From sequence record SRR31156797_4840: DNA of 64,000 nt. One strand, written 5' to 3'. The notes under the pieces were generated by a model. It ran no database searches, was not told the DNA's origin, and saw only the letters and a list, made by a program, of their open reading frames with translations. The translations under genes and the position numbers were made by a program. Of this stretch, positions 49,875 to 61,705 are shown one piece after another (position 1 is the stretch's first letter; each line of letters opens with the position of its first letter).

Positions 49875-51506
49875 ATGAAAGCAAAGGTATTAAAAGGCGT
49901 GCTGTCAGTGACTGCGATGAGTCTCTTACTGGCTGCTTGCGGCAGTGAGTCAGGGACAAAAGAAAGTGATGGGGCGGCAGCGAATGACCGTGACAGTTCG
50001 GAGGTCTTTGAATTAGGTAGTGAACCGTTGGAGATCACGATGTTTGGTAATTATGATTGGTACACGATGGATCGTTGGGGAGATGATCCAGCAACTGCTG
50101 CTATCAAAGAACTGACCAAGGTAGATATTCGCGCAATCGATGGTGGCGGGAATGCAGCACAGCGGCTAAGCACAATGATCGCTGGCGATGATCTACCTGA
50201 TTTTATTTGGCTTGATCGAGGGTCGGATGTGGAACGGCTGCGAGAAGCGGGTGCCTTAGTGCCATTTGATGATTACTTGGATAAGTATCCGAACTTGAAA
50301 GAATGGGCGGGAGAAGACATCCTGAACATGCTTCGTTCAGAAGACGGCAAACTTTATCAGTTTCCCAACTGGTATAGCTCGGAGCCTTTCGGGAATGCGG
50401 GTTATGTCGTCAATAAAGAGATCCATGATGCTTTAGGTGCGCCAGAATTGAAAACAACCGATGATCTTTATGAGTATTTGAAAGAAGTTCAAACAGAGTT
50501 TCCTGATGTTATTCCATTTGAAACAGATGTCAGCGGACAAGGGATCAATGTCTTATACTCCGCCTTTGCAGAAGGGCGTTCACCAGCAGATATCCGCATT
50601 CGCGCTGTTCCTGAAGGCGACGTGTTGACCTCGATCTTTGCCAATGAAAACTACGTAGAATCGATTGAATATGCGTCAAGATTGTACCGTGAGCGCTTGA
50701 TGACCCAAGATACCTTGACCCAAGATGCGGATATGGTTGCAGAAAAAGTAACTAGCGGCCGCGTAGCAGTTTACGCTGCTGCCAGTCCATCGAATCATGC
50801 TCGCGATGCCCACTATATCTTACAAGAGCAAAACCCAGATGCGGGGTATTTCTATATCGAACCAATTGCTAAACCAGGACTAGATCCTGACAATATTTTC
50901 CCAGGTTCCTATGAAATGCTAGGGTGGAATGTCAGTGTCATTACTAGAAATGCAGAAGACCCAGAAAAAGTCTTTGCCTTCTTAGATTGGTTGACAGGAC
51001 CGTTGGGCCAATCGATCTTGATGTTTGGTCCAGAAGGCCAGTATTGGGATGGCTTTGATGAAGAAGGCTATACGAAATTTACGGATGCCTATGCAGAAGA
51101 CAGTGCAGGCGTTTCGGAGATCGAGCAAGCAACTTCAAGTTTCCAATGGAACGGCAACTCCGCCTTTTTAGACAATACCAAAACAAAATTTGAGTTAAAT
51201 CTTCCAGAAGATCAAATGAACTGGGCAACGAAATGGCAGCATGCCATCACTTGGGACACGCAAAAAGACGACACGGAATTTGCGGCGATCAACCCGATGC
51301 CAGACTCACCAGAAGGAATCATTCAGCAACGGATCAACGATATTTTTGAAGAAGCCAATGCTTCAGCGATCTTTGCTGACAGCGATGAAGAAGTGCGTGC
51401 CATCTTTGCTGAGGCGGAAGCCCAAGCACAAGCAGCGGGCTATCAAGAGTTGCTGGATTATCAAACAGAGAAATGGCAGCAAAATCTACAAAACTTAGCC
51501 CGCTAG
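49875..51506 (+). CDS. Carbohydrate ABC substrate-binding lipoprotein
   Basis: Lipobox LAAC; MIAGDDLPD, DGKLYQFP. Confidence 0.9.
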   Translation: MKAKVLKGVLSVTAMSLLLAACGSESGTKESDGAAANDRDSSEVFELGSEPLEITMFGNYDWYTMDRWGDDPATAAIKELTKVDIRAIDGGGNAAQRLSTMIAGDDLPDFIWLDRGSDVERLREAGALVPFDDYLDKYPNLKEWAGEDILNMLRSEDGKLYQFPNWYSSEPFGNAGYVVNKEIHDALGAPELKTTDDLYEYLKEVQTEFPDVIPFETDVSGQGINVLYSAFAEGRSPADIRIRAVPEGDVLTSIFANENYVESIEYASRLYRERLMTQDTLTQDADMVAEKVTSGRVAVYAAASPSNHARDAHYILQEQNPDAGYFYIEPIAKPGLDPDNIFPGSYEMLGWNVSVITRNAEDPEKVFAFLDWLTGPLGQSILMFGPEGQYWDGFDEEGYTKFTDAYAEDSAGVSEIEQATSSFQWNGNSAFLDNTKTKFELNLPEDQMNWATKWQHAITWDTQKDDTEFAAINPMPDSPEGIIQQRINDIFEEANASAIFADSDEEVRAIFAEAEAQAQAAGYQELLDYQTEKWQQNLQNLAR

Positions 51507-51543
51507 AGGGTAAATCAGCTGATTAGAGAAAGGAGGCGGACTG

Positions 51544-52245
51544 ATGGGAAATGAACGATGGTATCGTTGGTATGGTGCCAGTCAAGCGATAGCTAGTATG
51601 TTGCTTTTGAATGGCTACTGGTTACTGTTCAATCTGCCCGTTCTATTGCTAGCTTTGGGGCTGATTTTCCCCAGCTCTCCTCGTCAGTTTCTTTTCTCTT
51701 TGGTTGGTTTGATCATTAGTTTTCCTAGCATTCTTTTGCCAGCGACCTTTGCTTTATTTGGGGTCATGCGGCGCTGGTTGTACTATCAAGAACCACGACA
51801 GGCCATCGGAGGGACCTTTTGGCGGCTCTATCGGGAAAATTATCGGCGCAGTGTTGCCGCAGGCCTCTTTTTCGGTAGTCTCGCTTTGCTGCTGTTAGGC
51901 TCTTATCGCCAAATCGATTCCTTTCAGTTGCCCTTATTGGCTGTCGGCTATTTGTTTTTAAGTATCATTTTACTCGTGTGGTTGCTGTATTTTATCTGCG
52001 ACAGTGTGCATTTGGCGGCACCCATGCGGCTCGCCTTGATCAAAAGCTTTTTCATCATCTTTTGGGCACCGTTGCAGACACTGATGTTGCTAGGGCTGTT
52101 GAGTGGCCTCGCTTTACTGCTCGTCTTGATCAATCCCTTACTCGCGGGATTGATCGTAGGGGGACTAGGTAGCCAATGTGCGTGTTACAGTTATTTGAGA
52201 ATCATCCAAAAGGCGCAAGCAAAAGCTGCACCAGCCGATGAGTAA
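51544..52245 (+). CDS. DUF624/YesL-like membrane protein
   Basis: LNGYWLLFNLP, PATFALF, FWRLYRENY. Confidence 0.8.
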   Translation: MGNERWYRWYGASQAIASMLLLNGYWLLFNLPVLLLALGLIFPSSPRQFLFSLVGLIISFPSILLPATFALFGVMRRWLYYQEPRQAIGGTFWRLYRENYRRSVAAGLFFGSLALLLLGSYRQIDSFQLPLLAVGYLFLSIILLVWLLYFICDSVHLAAPMRLALIKSFFIIFWAPLQTLMLLGLLSGLALLLVLINPLLAGLIVGGLGSQCACYSYLRIIQKAQAKAAPADE

Positions 52246-52364
52246 TCTATGTAACACTGATTAGAAAAAAATCTTAAAACTATCCTTAATGGGTAGTTTT
52301 TTTCATTGGCAAAAAGTGCTAAAGTTAGAAGCAAGACAAGCCTGAAAGGAGCGAGTATGGAACG

Positions 52365-53381
52365 ATGACAATGTACCCAAAAACAGTACAGCTCATTCAA
52401 GAAAAAATGCCGACCGTTTTCCCAGGAGCGGTGCTGCGTTTTATCGCTGGTGAAACCCAAGAGACCCAGGTATTCGGACAGGCAGCGCTTCTTCCGAAAA
52501 CCGAACCTATGACGAAAGATCATTTGTTTGATTTAGCCTCATTGACGAAAGTCGTTTGTACAACGAGTGTTCTGTTAAAATTGTGGGATCAAGGAAAAAT
52601 CGAGATGGAGGCGCCGCTTACTCGTTGGTTGCCAGCGTTTAAAGACGATCGGGTAACGATCAAGCACTTGCTGACGCATACGGCAGCCATCAACACGTGG
52701 ATTCCTCATCGAGACCAGTTGGATGCTGCTGCCTTGCGCAAGGCGTATTTGCAGCTTGAAAGCAGTGATACGATCGGTCAAACGGTCAGCTATACGGATA
52801 CTGGGACGATTTTGCTGGGCTTTTTATTGGAGGAGCTGTATCAAAAACCAGTGACCGAGATTTTTCAAGAAGAAGTCTTGACGCCTTTAGGCATGAAGAA
52901 CAGCGGCTTTCCGCCTTTTCCTCCTTCACAGCTGCCATTGATCGTGCCTACCCAGCAGCAGCCAGACGGCAGTATCCTTAGAGGAATCACCCATGACCCA
53001 AAAGCACGAGTGCTGGGAAACCATGCCGGCAACGCCGGGTTGTTTTCTACCGTGGATGATTTGACGCTGTTCGTTCAACTGTTATTGGCAAATGGTCAGC
53101 AGCAAGGTGCGCCGTTTTTCTCAGAAAAAGTGATGCAGGCGCTGGCTCAGAGGCAGACGCCTGAAAGCACAAAGCCCCGCACCTATGGCTGGGACTTATT
53201 GGGTGCGCCGTACCAATTATTTCATACAGGCTATACAGGCACGTTTCTCGCAGTAGATATCCCTAACAAAAAAGCGTTTATTTTCTTATCGAATCGGGTC
53301 CATCCAGTGGATCATCGAGAAAGCTACTTGGGTCATCGTGACGAAATCCTGCAATGTTACTTAAAAGAATCTGCCGAATAA
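52365..53381 (+). CDS. Serine hydrolase, beta-lactamase/esterase-related family
   Basis: SLTK (SxxK), LLTHT, YTD, HDPKA, HTGYTG. Confidence 0.9.
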   Translation: MTMYPKTVQLIQEKMPTVFPGAVLRFIAGETQETQVFGQAALLPKTEPMTKDHLFDLASLTKVVCTTSVLLKLWDQGKIEMEAPLTRWLPAFKDDRVTIKHLLTHTAAINTWIPHRDQLDAAALRKAYLQLESSDTIGQTVSYTDTGTILLGFLLEELYQKPVTEIFQEEVLTPLGMKNSGFPPFPPSQLPLIVPTQQQPDGSILRGITHDPKARVLGNHAGNAGLFSTVDDLTLFVQLLLANGQQQGAPFFSEKVMQALAQRQTPESTKPRTYGWDLLGAPYQLFHTGYTGTFLAVDIPNKKAFIFLSNRVHPVDHRESYLGHRDEILQCYLKESAE

Positions 53382-53429
53382 GCGGATTCATGCTATAATA
53401 TGCACGAACAACTAGAGAGGGGAACAATT

Positions 53430-54380
53430 ATGGAACCATTGTTTATGAAACCTGTTTTTCAAGAAAAAATCTGGGGCGGCAGTCGCCTGCATTCTGTTTT
53501 TGGTTTTGATTTACCGAGTGACAAGATCGGTGAAGATTGGGCGATCAGTGCGCATCCTCATGGGGTGAGCGTCATTGAAAATGGTCCGTTTAAAGGCAAA
53601 ACATTGGCGGATCTTTGGCAAGACCATCAAGAACTGTTTGGACATTCAGACGAACCAGTCTTTCCATTATTAATTAAAATTCTAGACGCGGAAGATGATC
53701 TATCCGTTCAGGTCCATCCTGATGACACGTATGGGCTAGCCCATGAAGGGGAATTAGGGAAAACGGAATGCTGGTACATTATTGATGCCGAACCAGGTGC
53801 GGAAATCATTTATGGCCACCACGCACAAACCAAAGAAGAACTTGCGGAAATTATCGAAGCGGGTCGTTGGGATGATTTGTTAACAAAAGTCCCTGTGAAA
53901 AAAGGCGATTTCTTCTACGTGCCAAGTGGAACGATCCACGCCATTGGGAAAGGGATCATGATCTTAGAAACCCAACAAAGCTCGGATACGACTTATCGGG
54001 TGTACGACTATGATCGTACTGATGATCAAGGACAAACACGGGAGCTGCATATCCAACAATCAATCGATGTGACGACGATTCCTGCACGGACGCCAGAATT
54101 ATCGATCCGTGAAGTCAAACAAGGACAATCAGCAGTCGTTACCTATCTTGAAACGCCATTTTTCAATGTGTATGAATGGGAAGTACGTGGGAAATTATCT
54201 TTGGCACAAAAGGCCGATTATACCTTGATGACCGTGATTGATGGGTATGGGCAGTTGATGATCGACGGTCATTCCTATGAACTAAAAATGGGCACGAGCT
54301 GCATTTTGCCAAACCCGATCAAGAAATGGGAATTGGTTGGTGAATTGACTGTCATTGCCTCTGAACCTGGAAAAAAATAA
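53430..54380 (+). CDS. manA: Mannose-6-phosphate isomerase class I
   Basis: LSVQVHPDD, GKTECWY, SGTIHA, QQSSDTTYR. Confidence 0.95.
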   Translation: MEPLFMKPVFQEKIWGGSRLHSVFGFDLPSDKIGEDWAISAHPHGVSVIENGPFKGKTLADLWQDHQELFGHSDEPVFPLLIKILDAEDDLSVQVHPDDTYGLAHEGELGKTECWYIIDAEPGAEIIYGHHAQTKEELAEIIEAGRWDDLLTKVPVKKGDFFYVPSGTIHAIGKGIMILETQQSSDTTYRVYDYDRTDDQGQTRELHIQQSIDVTTIPARTPELSIREVKQGQSAVVTYLETPFFNVYEWEVRGKLSLAQKADYTLMTVIDGYGQLMIDGHSYELKMGTSCILPNPIKKWELVGELTVIASEPGKK

Positions 54381-54579
54381 AACGATCAGTAAGTGACGTG
54401 ATTCGCACAAGCAAAACAGCACACGTTCCTGATTTTTCGTAAGGCTGAACGCGTTCAGCTGCCTGTCATCATTGGCGATTTTTCCGCTTTTGACTGACAG
54501 GTTTTTTCGTATGGACACTCACGATAGACGTCTGAGCAAGATTTGTTATAATGGCAGTAATGAAGGATAGGTGAAAAGA

Positions 54580-55719
54580 ATGGTTTACTTAGATCATGCA
54601 GCAACGACACCGCTGCACCCAGAAGTGATCAAAGTGATGAGTGAGACGATGCAGACATTTTTTGGCAATCCATCAAGCATTCATCATTATGGTCGAGATG
54701 CCCACACCCAATTAGAATTGGCTCGTCAAGCGATCGCTCAGCAGCTAGGGGTCAAGGAACATGAGATCATTTTTAACAGTGGAGGTACCGAAAGTGATAA
54801 TACAGCGATCATCGGTACAGCCCTTAGCAAACAAGCACAAGGCAAACATATCATTACGACCCAGATCGAACATCCGGCGGTCATTGAGAGTATGCGCTAT
54901 TTAGAAGGCTTAGGCTTTGAGGTGACCTATTTGCCCGTAGATCAAAAGGGGCAATTGGCCGTCAGTGAAGTTGAGGCTGCCTTACGTCCCGATACGATTT
55001 TAGTATCCATAATGACGGCAAACAATGAAACGGGCAATTTGTTGCCGATTGCAGAAATTGGCGCCCTTTTACGGGAGCATCCCGCCGTTTTTCATACCGA
55101 TGCCGTGCAAGCTTATGGCAAAATCCCGCTTGAAATCAATGAAAATAGCATTGATCTCCTAAGCATTTCGGCTCACAAAATCAACGGACCAAAAGGGATC
55201 GGCTTTTTGTATAAACGAGATGGCTTGTCGCTACCTTCGCTACTCCACGGTGGCGAACAAGAAGAAAAACGGCGAGCAGGGACGGAAAACTTGGCAGCCA
55301 TCATGGGAATGGCCAAAGCAGCTTCTTTGCATACCCCCGAAGCGCAGCAAGCAGCGGCAGAACAATATCAAACGTTTGCCGATGTGCTGATGGAGACCTT
55401 AGCAGCACAAGGCGTTGATGTTCAGTTGAATGGTGATCCAGCACACAAATTGCCCCATATTTTGAATCTGCGTTTCCCAGGGGTCAGCAGTGACTTGTTA
55501 CTGATGAAATTGGACTTAAAAGGAGCCGCCATCTCGACAGGCAGCGCTTGTACGGCGGGCAATGTTGAACCCTCCCATGTGCTAGAAGCGATGGTAGGCA
55601 AAGAGCATCCAGCTATCCGGGAATCGGTCAGAGTCAGCTTTGGCTATGGCAACACATTGGCGGAAATCGAAGCATTTGCTCAGCTATTAGCAGAAACTGT
55701 CTTAGCAACGAAAAAGTAG
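54580..55719 (+). CDS. iscS: Cysteine desulfurase (IscS/NifS-like); alternative GTG start 54571
   Basis: YLDHAATT, GNPSS, HTDAVQ, SAHK, TGSACT. Confidence 0.9.
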   Translation: MVYLDHAATTPLHPEVIKVMSETMQTFFGNPSSIHHYGRDAHTQLELARQAIAQQLGVKEHEIIFNSGGTESDNTAIIGTALSKQAQGKHIITTQIEHPAVIESMRYLEGLGFEVTYLPVDQKGQLAVSEVEAALRPDTILVSIMTANNETGNLLPIAEIGALLREHPAVFHTDAVQAYGKIPLEINENSIDLLSISAHKINGPKGIGFLYKRDGLSLPSLLHGGEQEEKRRAGTENLAAIMGMAKAASLHTPEAQQAAAEQYQTFADVLMETLAAQGVDVQLNGDPAHKLPHILNLRFPGVSSDLLLMKLDLKGAAISTGSACTAGNVEPSHVLEAMVGKEHPAIRESVRVSFGYGNTLAEIEAFAQLLAETVLATKK

Positions 55720-55787
55720 GAGAACAGCTAGCAATCTCGCTGAAAACTATTTATAATGAAAGAAATGATGTTAAAGAGGTGAAGAAC

Positions 55788-56129
55788 ATGGCATTTGAAA
55801 CAACAGCAACCGTTTTAGGCGCAGCAACCCAATACCGCATTGCTCCTGAAGCAAAAAAATATACGTTGCGGGACAATGGCTTTACAGAAACGAACGGCGG
55901 CAACTTCCAATTGATTCGTGGCCTTGAAGCAACACCCCAAAGCAAAGAAGGATTTAAATTAAAAATCACTGTTGCAAAAGATCTGCAAACCTTCAAGATG
56001 TCGATCACGACAGCCAATGGATTAAAAGCAGTCAATATTTTCAAAGATGAACAGCACAAAATGCTGCAAGAAAAATTTTACTTTTTAATGGATGGTTTTA
56101 TCAGCCGCGGGTTGTTTGTCAAAGCGTAA
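55788..56129 (+). CDS. DUF1831 family protein
   Basis: MAFE..KKYTLRDNGF..GNFQL; commonly follows iscS in Lactobacillales. Confidence 0.85.
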   Translation: MAFETTATVLGAATQYRIAPEAKKYTLRDNGFTETNGGNFQLIRGLEATPQSKEGFKLKITVAKDLQTFKMSITTANGLKAVNIFKDEQHKMLQEKFYFLMDGFISRGLFVKA

Positions 56130-56306
56130 GCTTTTGTCAAAAGCAGCTATACCGTTCAAAGGGCAAGAAGTGTGTCACTCCGCCAAACAGGCAAGGGATT
56201 GATACACTTCTTTTGTATCTTTGCCGGTTTCTTTTTATACTAAAGTAAACAAACCTAAGCCGTTCTCAGAAAGTGGATACGTTGAGACGAGAAAGAAGGA
56301 ATCCAG

Positions 56307-57152
56307 ATGAAACGAACCTTAAACAAGCAATCCGTGTTAGCCGTTGGAATGGGGACTTGGCATATGGGGGATGACCCTGCTAAGGAAAAAGCCGAGATCG
56401 ATGCGCTGCAAGCGGGCATCAAAGCCGGAGCGGCTGTCATCGATACCGCAGAAATGTACGGCGAGGGAAACGCAGAAACGCTAGTTGGCAAGGCGATCCA
56501 GCCCTTTACACGAGGGGATCTTTATTTGATTTCAAAAGTTTATCCCTGGAATGCCTCCGCAGATGAATTGCCGAAAGCTTTAGACCGTAGCTTAGCGCGT
56601 TTAGGCACCGACTATCTTGATCTGTATCTGCTCCACTGGCGAGGAGATGTGCCGTTAGCAGAAACAGTTGACGCACTAGAAGCTGCCAAAGCCTCTGGAA
56701 AGATTCGTGCATGGGGCGTCTCTAATTTTGACGTGGCAGATATGGAGGAGCTGTTGCGGTTAGAAAACGGCGATCAATGTGCCGCCAACCAAGTACTCTA
56801 TAATTTAGGTGCCCGGGGGATCGAATACGATCTTTTGCCTTGGCAGGCAGAGGCTGAGATTCCGGTGATTGCCTACTCACCCATTGCTCAAGGCGATCGG
56901 CTAGGGCACCACTTCAAAAATGATGAAGTGGTGAAAGAGCTGGCAGAAGCCAAAGGCTGCACGATTTTTCAGCTGCTTTTGGCATGGACCCTTCGACAAC
57001 CCCACGTCTTAGCGATCCCCCAAACCAGTGACTCGCTGCATATGCTGCAGAACATTGAAGCTACCAAAATCGTTTTTTCCAAAAGCGAATTGGCGACAAT
57101 CGATGCACGCTTTCCGGAGCCAACGAAAAAGCAGCCGCTAGCGATGATTTGA
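56307..57152 (+). CDS. Aldo/keto reductase
   Basis: IDTAEMYG, SKV, YLLHW, GVSNF, AYSP. Confidence 0.95.
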   Translation: MKRTLNKQSVLAVGMGTWHMGDDPAKEKAEIDALQAGIKAGAAVIDTAEMYGEGNAETLVGKAIQPFTRGDLYLISKVYPWNASADELPKALDRSLARLGTDYLDLYLLHWRGDVPLAETVDALEAAKASGKIRAWGVSNFDVADMEELLRLENGDQCAANQVLYNLGARGIEYDLLPWQAEAEIPVIAYSPIAQGDRLGHHFKNDEVVKELAEAKGCTIFQLLLAWTLRQPHVLAIPQTSDSLHMLQNIEATKIVFSKSELATIDARFPEPTKKQPLAMI

Positions 57153-57194
57153 AGACCCTAATCACAGAAAAAAGCAGTAAAGTAAGGAGCGACT

Positions 57195-57800
57195 ATGAAA
57201 TTTTTTACGTCTGATACCCATTATTTTCATGCAGCCTTGCTCGGGGACAATGACTTTGCCCCACGCCCCTTTGAGACAGTGACGCAAATGCATGAAACGA
57301 TGATCGCTAGCTGGAATGAGGTCGTTGCGGATAAAGATGTCGTTTATCATTTAGGGGATGTCGCGATGCACCCTGCTTATGAAGCAGGTTTTCCAGAAAT
57401 TGCGGCGCTGTTAGCACAGCTGCAGGGCAAAATCGTTTTTATCAAAGGCAATCATGATACCCGGGCTTTCTTTGCGTACTTGCGCAAGCATGATCCTGGT
57501 TGTTTGGGAGCCCAAAAGTATGCGTTTGAAGATGTTGGTGTTTTGCTGAAGTTTGCTCATCAGCAATTTTTACTAACCCATTATCCTATGCTGCTGGGGA
57601 TCACCAAAAACAGCCGCAATCTGCATGGGCATATCCATCATCATAGTGTACCAATCGCTGAGAATCTCAACGTAGGAGTCGATGCACCGGAATTGGCGTT
57701 TCTGCCGCAGCCGCGTCCCTTCGGTCGACCAGTTTCCGAAAATGAACTGGCGGTGCTACATCATGCAAAGCAACAAGAACTTGCCAAGCTAGCTCGTTAA
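57195..57800 (+). CDS. Calcineurin-like metallophosphoesterase
   Basis: SDTH, LGD, GNHD, HYP, HGHIH. Confidence 0.93.
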   Translation: MKFFTSDTHYFHAALLGDNDFAPRPFETVTQMHETMIASWNEVVADKDVVYHLGDVAMHPAYEAGFPEIAALLAQLQGKIVFIKGNHDTRAFFAYLRKHDPGCLGAQKYAFEDVGVLLKFAHQQFLLTHYPMLLGITKNSRNLHGHIHHHSVPIAENLNVGVDAPELAFLPQPRPFGRPVSENELAVLHHAKQQELAKLAR

Positions 57801-57811
57801 CAGATAACAAG

Positions 57812-57853
57812 AAAAGCAAGCATCCAAACAGATTCGGGTGGCTTGCTTTTTTT
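57812..57853 (+). terminator. Intrinsic terminator
   Basis: AAAAGCAAGC/GCTTGCTTTT + T-run. Confidence 0.75.
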
Positions 57854-58005
57854 GTGATGACTTTGACAGCAAGCTTTGATTAAGGAAATTTTTTTGATAA
57901 AAATAAACTTTATATGTAAAAAATAATCGATTCCAAGAGTTATTATTTGATGGATATTTAAGAAATGTGTATGCTTTAAGTAGAAAGCAGTAAAGGAGGT
58001 TGCCA

Positions 58006-58569
58006 ATGCGTAAGATTTCTAAAGTGATTTTTATCATCGGATTGCTTTTACTCTTACTTGTCTTTTATTTTGGGATCATCGCCAATCAGCAAGCGGCTTC
58101 ATTGCCTGTTTACTTGATTCCTTTGGATGAATATCCTTGGGTCGGATCTTCCATGAGTATGCTGCTCTTTTGGTTATCTGTTGGCTTTGCTATTTTTACA
58201 GTGATCGCACTCTTTGTCGTTTTGTTTTATCCAAAACGCTCAGACCGCTTGATCATTCCCCATAAGACAGGCGATTTAGTGATTCAGAAGAAGGCGTTAG
58301 AGCATTTTGTGCTCGAGCGGGTGAAACAAGCAGATTTCATCCATCAGCCATCGGTAAAAATCAAAATCGTCAAGAATAAAGTAGCGGTAAAAATCGATGG
58401 AGAAATGAAACAAACAGCAGCCATCCCGCAAAAACAAGAAGCTTTGGTTGGTGAGATCAGCAGCAGTCTGCAGCAGCTTTTCGGTATCGAAAGCAATATC
58501 CAAACGGAAGTTGTTTTAAAAGATACGCAAGAAACGCCAGCAGCCCATGACCAACCGCGTGTAGTTTAG
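58006..58569 (+). CDS. amaP: Asp23 membrane anchor protein
   Basis: 2 TM + soluble domain ending PRVV; upstream of DUF2273 and asp23. Confidence 0.85.
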   Translation: MRKISKVIFIIGLLLLLLVFYFGIIANQQAASLPVYLIPLDEYPWVGSSMSMLLFWLSVGFAIFTVIALFVVLFYPKRSDRLIIPHKTGDLVIQKKALEHFVLERVKQADFIHQPSVKIKIVKNKVAVKIDGEMKQTAAIPQKQEALVGEISSSLQQLFGIESNIQTEVVLKDTQETPAAHDQPRVV

Positions 58570-58580
58570 GAGGAACAGGT

Positions 58581-58775
58581 ATGAGTGAATGGTTCTACCA
58601 CTATAAGATCCCGCTTATCTTTGCAGGTTTCGGTTTGATCCTAGCGATCCTGTTTCTAACGATCGGCTTTTTGAAAACCATACTGCTGGTGCTATTTACG
58701 GCACTAGGTACGTATCTGGGATTTTATCTCAAAGAAGTCGGATTCTTTGAACAATTTCAAAGACCGCGCCGTTAA
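58581..58775 (+). CDS. DUF2273 small membrane protein
   Basis: ILFLTIGFLKTILL motif and operon position. Confidence 0.85.
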   Translation: MSEWFYHYKIPLIFAGFGLILAILFLTIGFLKTILLVLFTALGTYLGFYLKEVGFFEQFQRPRR

Positions 58776-58831
58776 CTTTGGTAACATTATTAGTTTAATT
58801 TATATCAAGATTATAGTAGGAGGAATGTACG

Positions 58832-59350
58832 ATGGAAAACCAAACAAAACCAACAACAGGTGTTAAAGGAGAATTAACTTACGAAGATAAAGTGATTCAA
58901 AAAATCGTAGGCATTGCATTAGAATCTGTAGACGGACTCTTAACAGTCGATGGCGGTTTCTTCTCAAATATTGCAGGTAAATTAGTCAACACCGATGATG
59001 TGACTTCAGGGATCAATGTTGAAGTTGGGAAAAAACAAGTGGCAGTCGATCTTGATATCGTTGCAGAATATGGCAGCGACATGACCACGATCTACGACCA
59101 AATCAAAGAGGTTGTTTCAACACAAGTCAACAAAATGACGAATTTAGAAGTCATCGAAGTAAACGTGAATGTAGCAGATGTCAAAACACGTGAACAATTC
59201 GAAAAAGACTCTGAAACAGTTCAAGACAAAGTAAGCAGTGCGGCAGAAACAACTGGCGACTTTGCGTCAAAACAAACACGTAAAGCCAAAGGTGCCTTCA
59301 ACCGGACAACGACGCGTATTCAAGAAAACAACGAACCACGCGTTCAATAA
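58832..59350 (+). CDS. Asp23/Gls24 family envelope stress protein
   Basis: LTYEDKVIQKI, GINVEVGKKQVAVDL, EVNVNV. Confidence 0.93.
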   Translation: MENQTKPTTGVKGELTYEDKVIQKIVGIALESVDGLLTVDGGFFSNIAGKLVNTDDVTSGINVEVGKKQVAVDLDIVAEYGSDMTTIYDQIKEVVSTQVNKMTNLEVIEVNVNVADVKTREQFEKDSETVQDKVSSAAETTGDFASKQTRKAKGAFNRTTTRIQENNEPRVQ

Positions 59351-59363
59351 TAGCAAGATAAGC

Positions 59364-59392
59364 AAAAGACTAGCTGCGGCTAGTCTTTTTTT
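59364..59392. terminator. Bidirectional terminator
   Basis: AAAAGACTAGC/GCTAGTCTTTT. Confidence 0.85.
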
Positions 59393-59436
59393 GTCCCACA
59401 AAAGGTGTATTTTTGCAGCTTCAGCCGATCAGAACA

Positions 59437-60150
59437 TCAAAGCCAAAAGCTCCAATAATGGATTCCTTCTGCTTGAAAGACATCGTTAGGATAGCTTTTC
59501 TCATAATGGGCTTTTTCGGGGGAATCATTAGGATCGAATACTTGAATCGTTCCTTCTTTGTTCAAAGCCAATACCATAATATGTCCGGATGTCGTAAAGG
59601 TTCCTGCTTGAACCGAGACCACAACGGGGATGCCTTGTGTCATTTTCTCATAGGCAGCCTCAAATGAATCCCCTAAATCGGCAAATTGGTAACCAAAAGC
59701 TTCGGCAAACTGAGGAAAGATTTGCCAACTCGTTCCTTGTTTGGGAAGATAAAATTGATCGCCAGCCCACTCCAATAGTTTGTCAGGATTCGGCGGACGA
59801 TCCGTCCAAAAAGAATCGATCATGGCTAAAGAAGCAATAGCGCACCCGTTTGCCGCAAACGTATTTTGCTCTTCTCCATATCCATACGTGTTATTGCCCC
59901 AGCGTTGATCGGTTTGTACAATCAACGGCAGTTGCTGCGTATCTGCCATCGCTTGTTGAATCGCTTGATTGGCTTGGCGAGTGAACTGTTTTGAGACAAG
60001 CGCTGTCTGATCAAACGCAGCATCCCTGACCTGATCAATCACGTAATGAATGACAAAAACACCACCGATGAGAAAAAGCAGCAGTGCAAGGCTCTTTTCT
60101 TTCTTCCCATCGTTTCTCCTCGTTTTCGATATCCTTGTGTGCGATCGCAT
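59437..60150 (-). CDS. Membrane-anchored peptidase C39-like protein
   Basis: N-terminal TM; QTDQRW, GCAIASLAM (Cys), GHIMVL (His), FDP (Asp). Confidence 0.85.
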   Translation of the reverse strand: MRSHTRISKTRRNDGKKEKSLALLLFLIGGVFVIHYVIDQVRDAAFDQTALVSKQFTRQANQAIQQAMADTQQLPLIVQTDQRWGNNTYGYGEEQNTFAANGCAIASLAMIDSFWTDRPPNPDKLLEWAGDQFYLPKQGTSWQIFPQFAEAFGYQFADLGDSFEAAYEKMTQGIPVVVSVQAGTFTTSGHIMVLALNKEGTIQVFDPNDSPEKAHYEKSYPNDVFQAEGIHYWSFWL

Positions 60151-60500
60151 GAAATGCCCCTCCTCGTAAAGTAGTATCTAAGAGAAGTATAGTCTTTTTC
60201 TAATAAGAGCATTTCTGCATTTCCTGAAGAATTTCATACGATTTTATGACAACCACCATTTGAAAAGTAAGTTGTTACTGTTTGGACAGCTGTCGATGAC
60301 AGACACAAAAGCAGCGCTTCCTCTATTTGGCTGAGTGGGTGGAATAACGAACAGCAACTTCTCTCCAGATGTCTTTTCTAAAAAAGGAATTTTTAAGAAA
60401 AGACAGCAAACAGTGAAGTTTTTTGTGTTTTGTTGTATAATGCAAATTACTGAAAAGTTGCGACCTTCAAATCGTAGATGATTTCAGAATCTATAATTGA

Positions 60501-61637
<1,137 letters not shown>

Positions 61638-61652
61638 CCACTAACACAATCT

Positions 61653-61705
61653 GCCCTAGCTAAGAACACTGAACCAATCAGTTGCACTTAGCTAGGGCTT
61701 TTTTT
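61653..61705. terminator. Terminator between mnmA and the kinase gene
   Basis: GCCCTAGCTAAG/CTTAGCTAGGGC + T-run. Confidence 0.8.

Noticed and set aside
52365-53381. Beta-lactamase resistance gene
   Set aside because: No signal peptide; motifs fit widespread cytoplasmic esterase-like serine hydrolases
54440-54510. Possible structured RNA between manA and the cysteine desulfurase gene
   Set aside because: The GCTGAACGCGTTCAGC palindrome and CCTGTCA/TGACAGG-T6 hairpin are adequately explained as the manA terminator region
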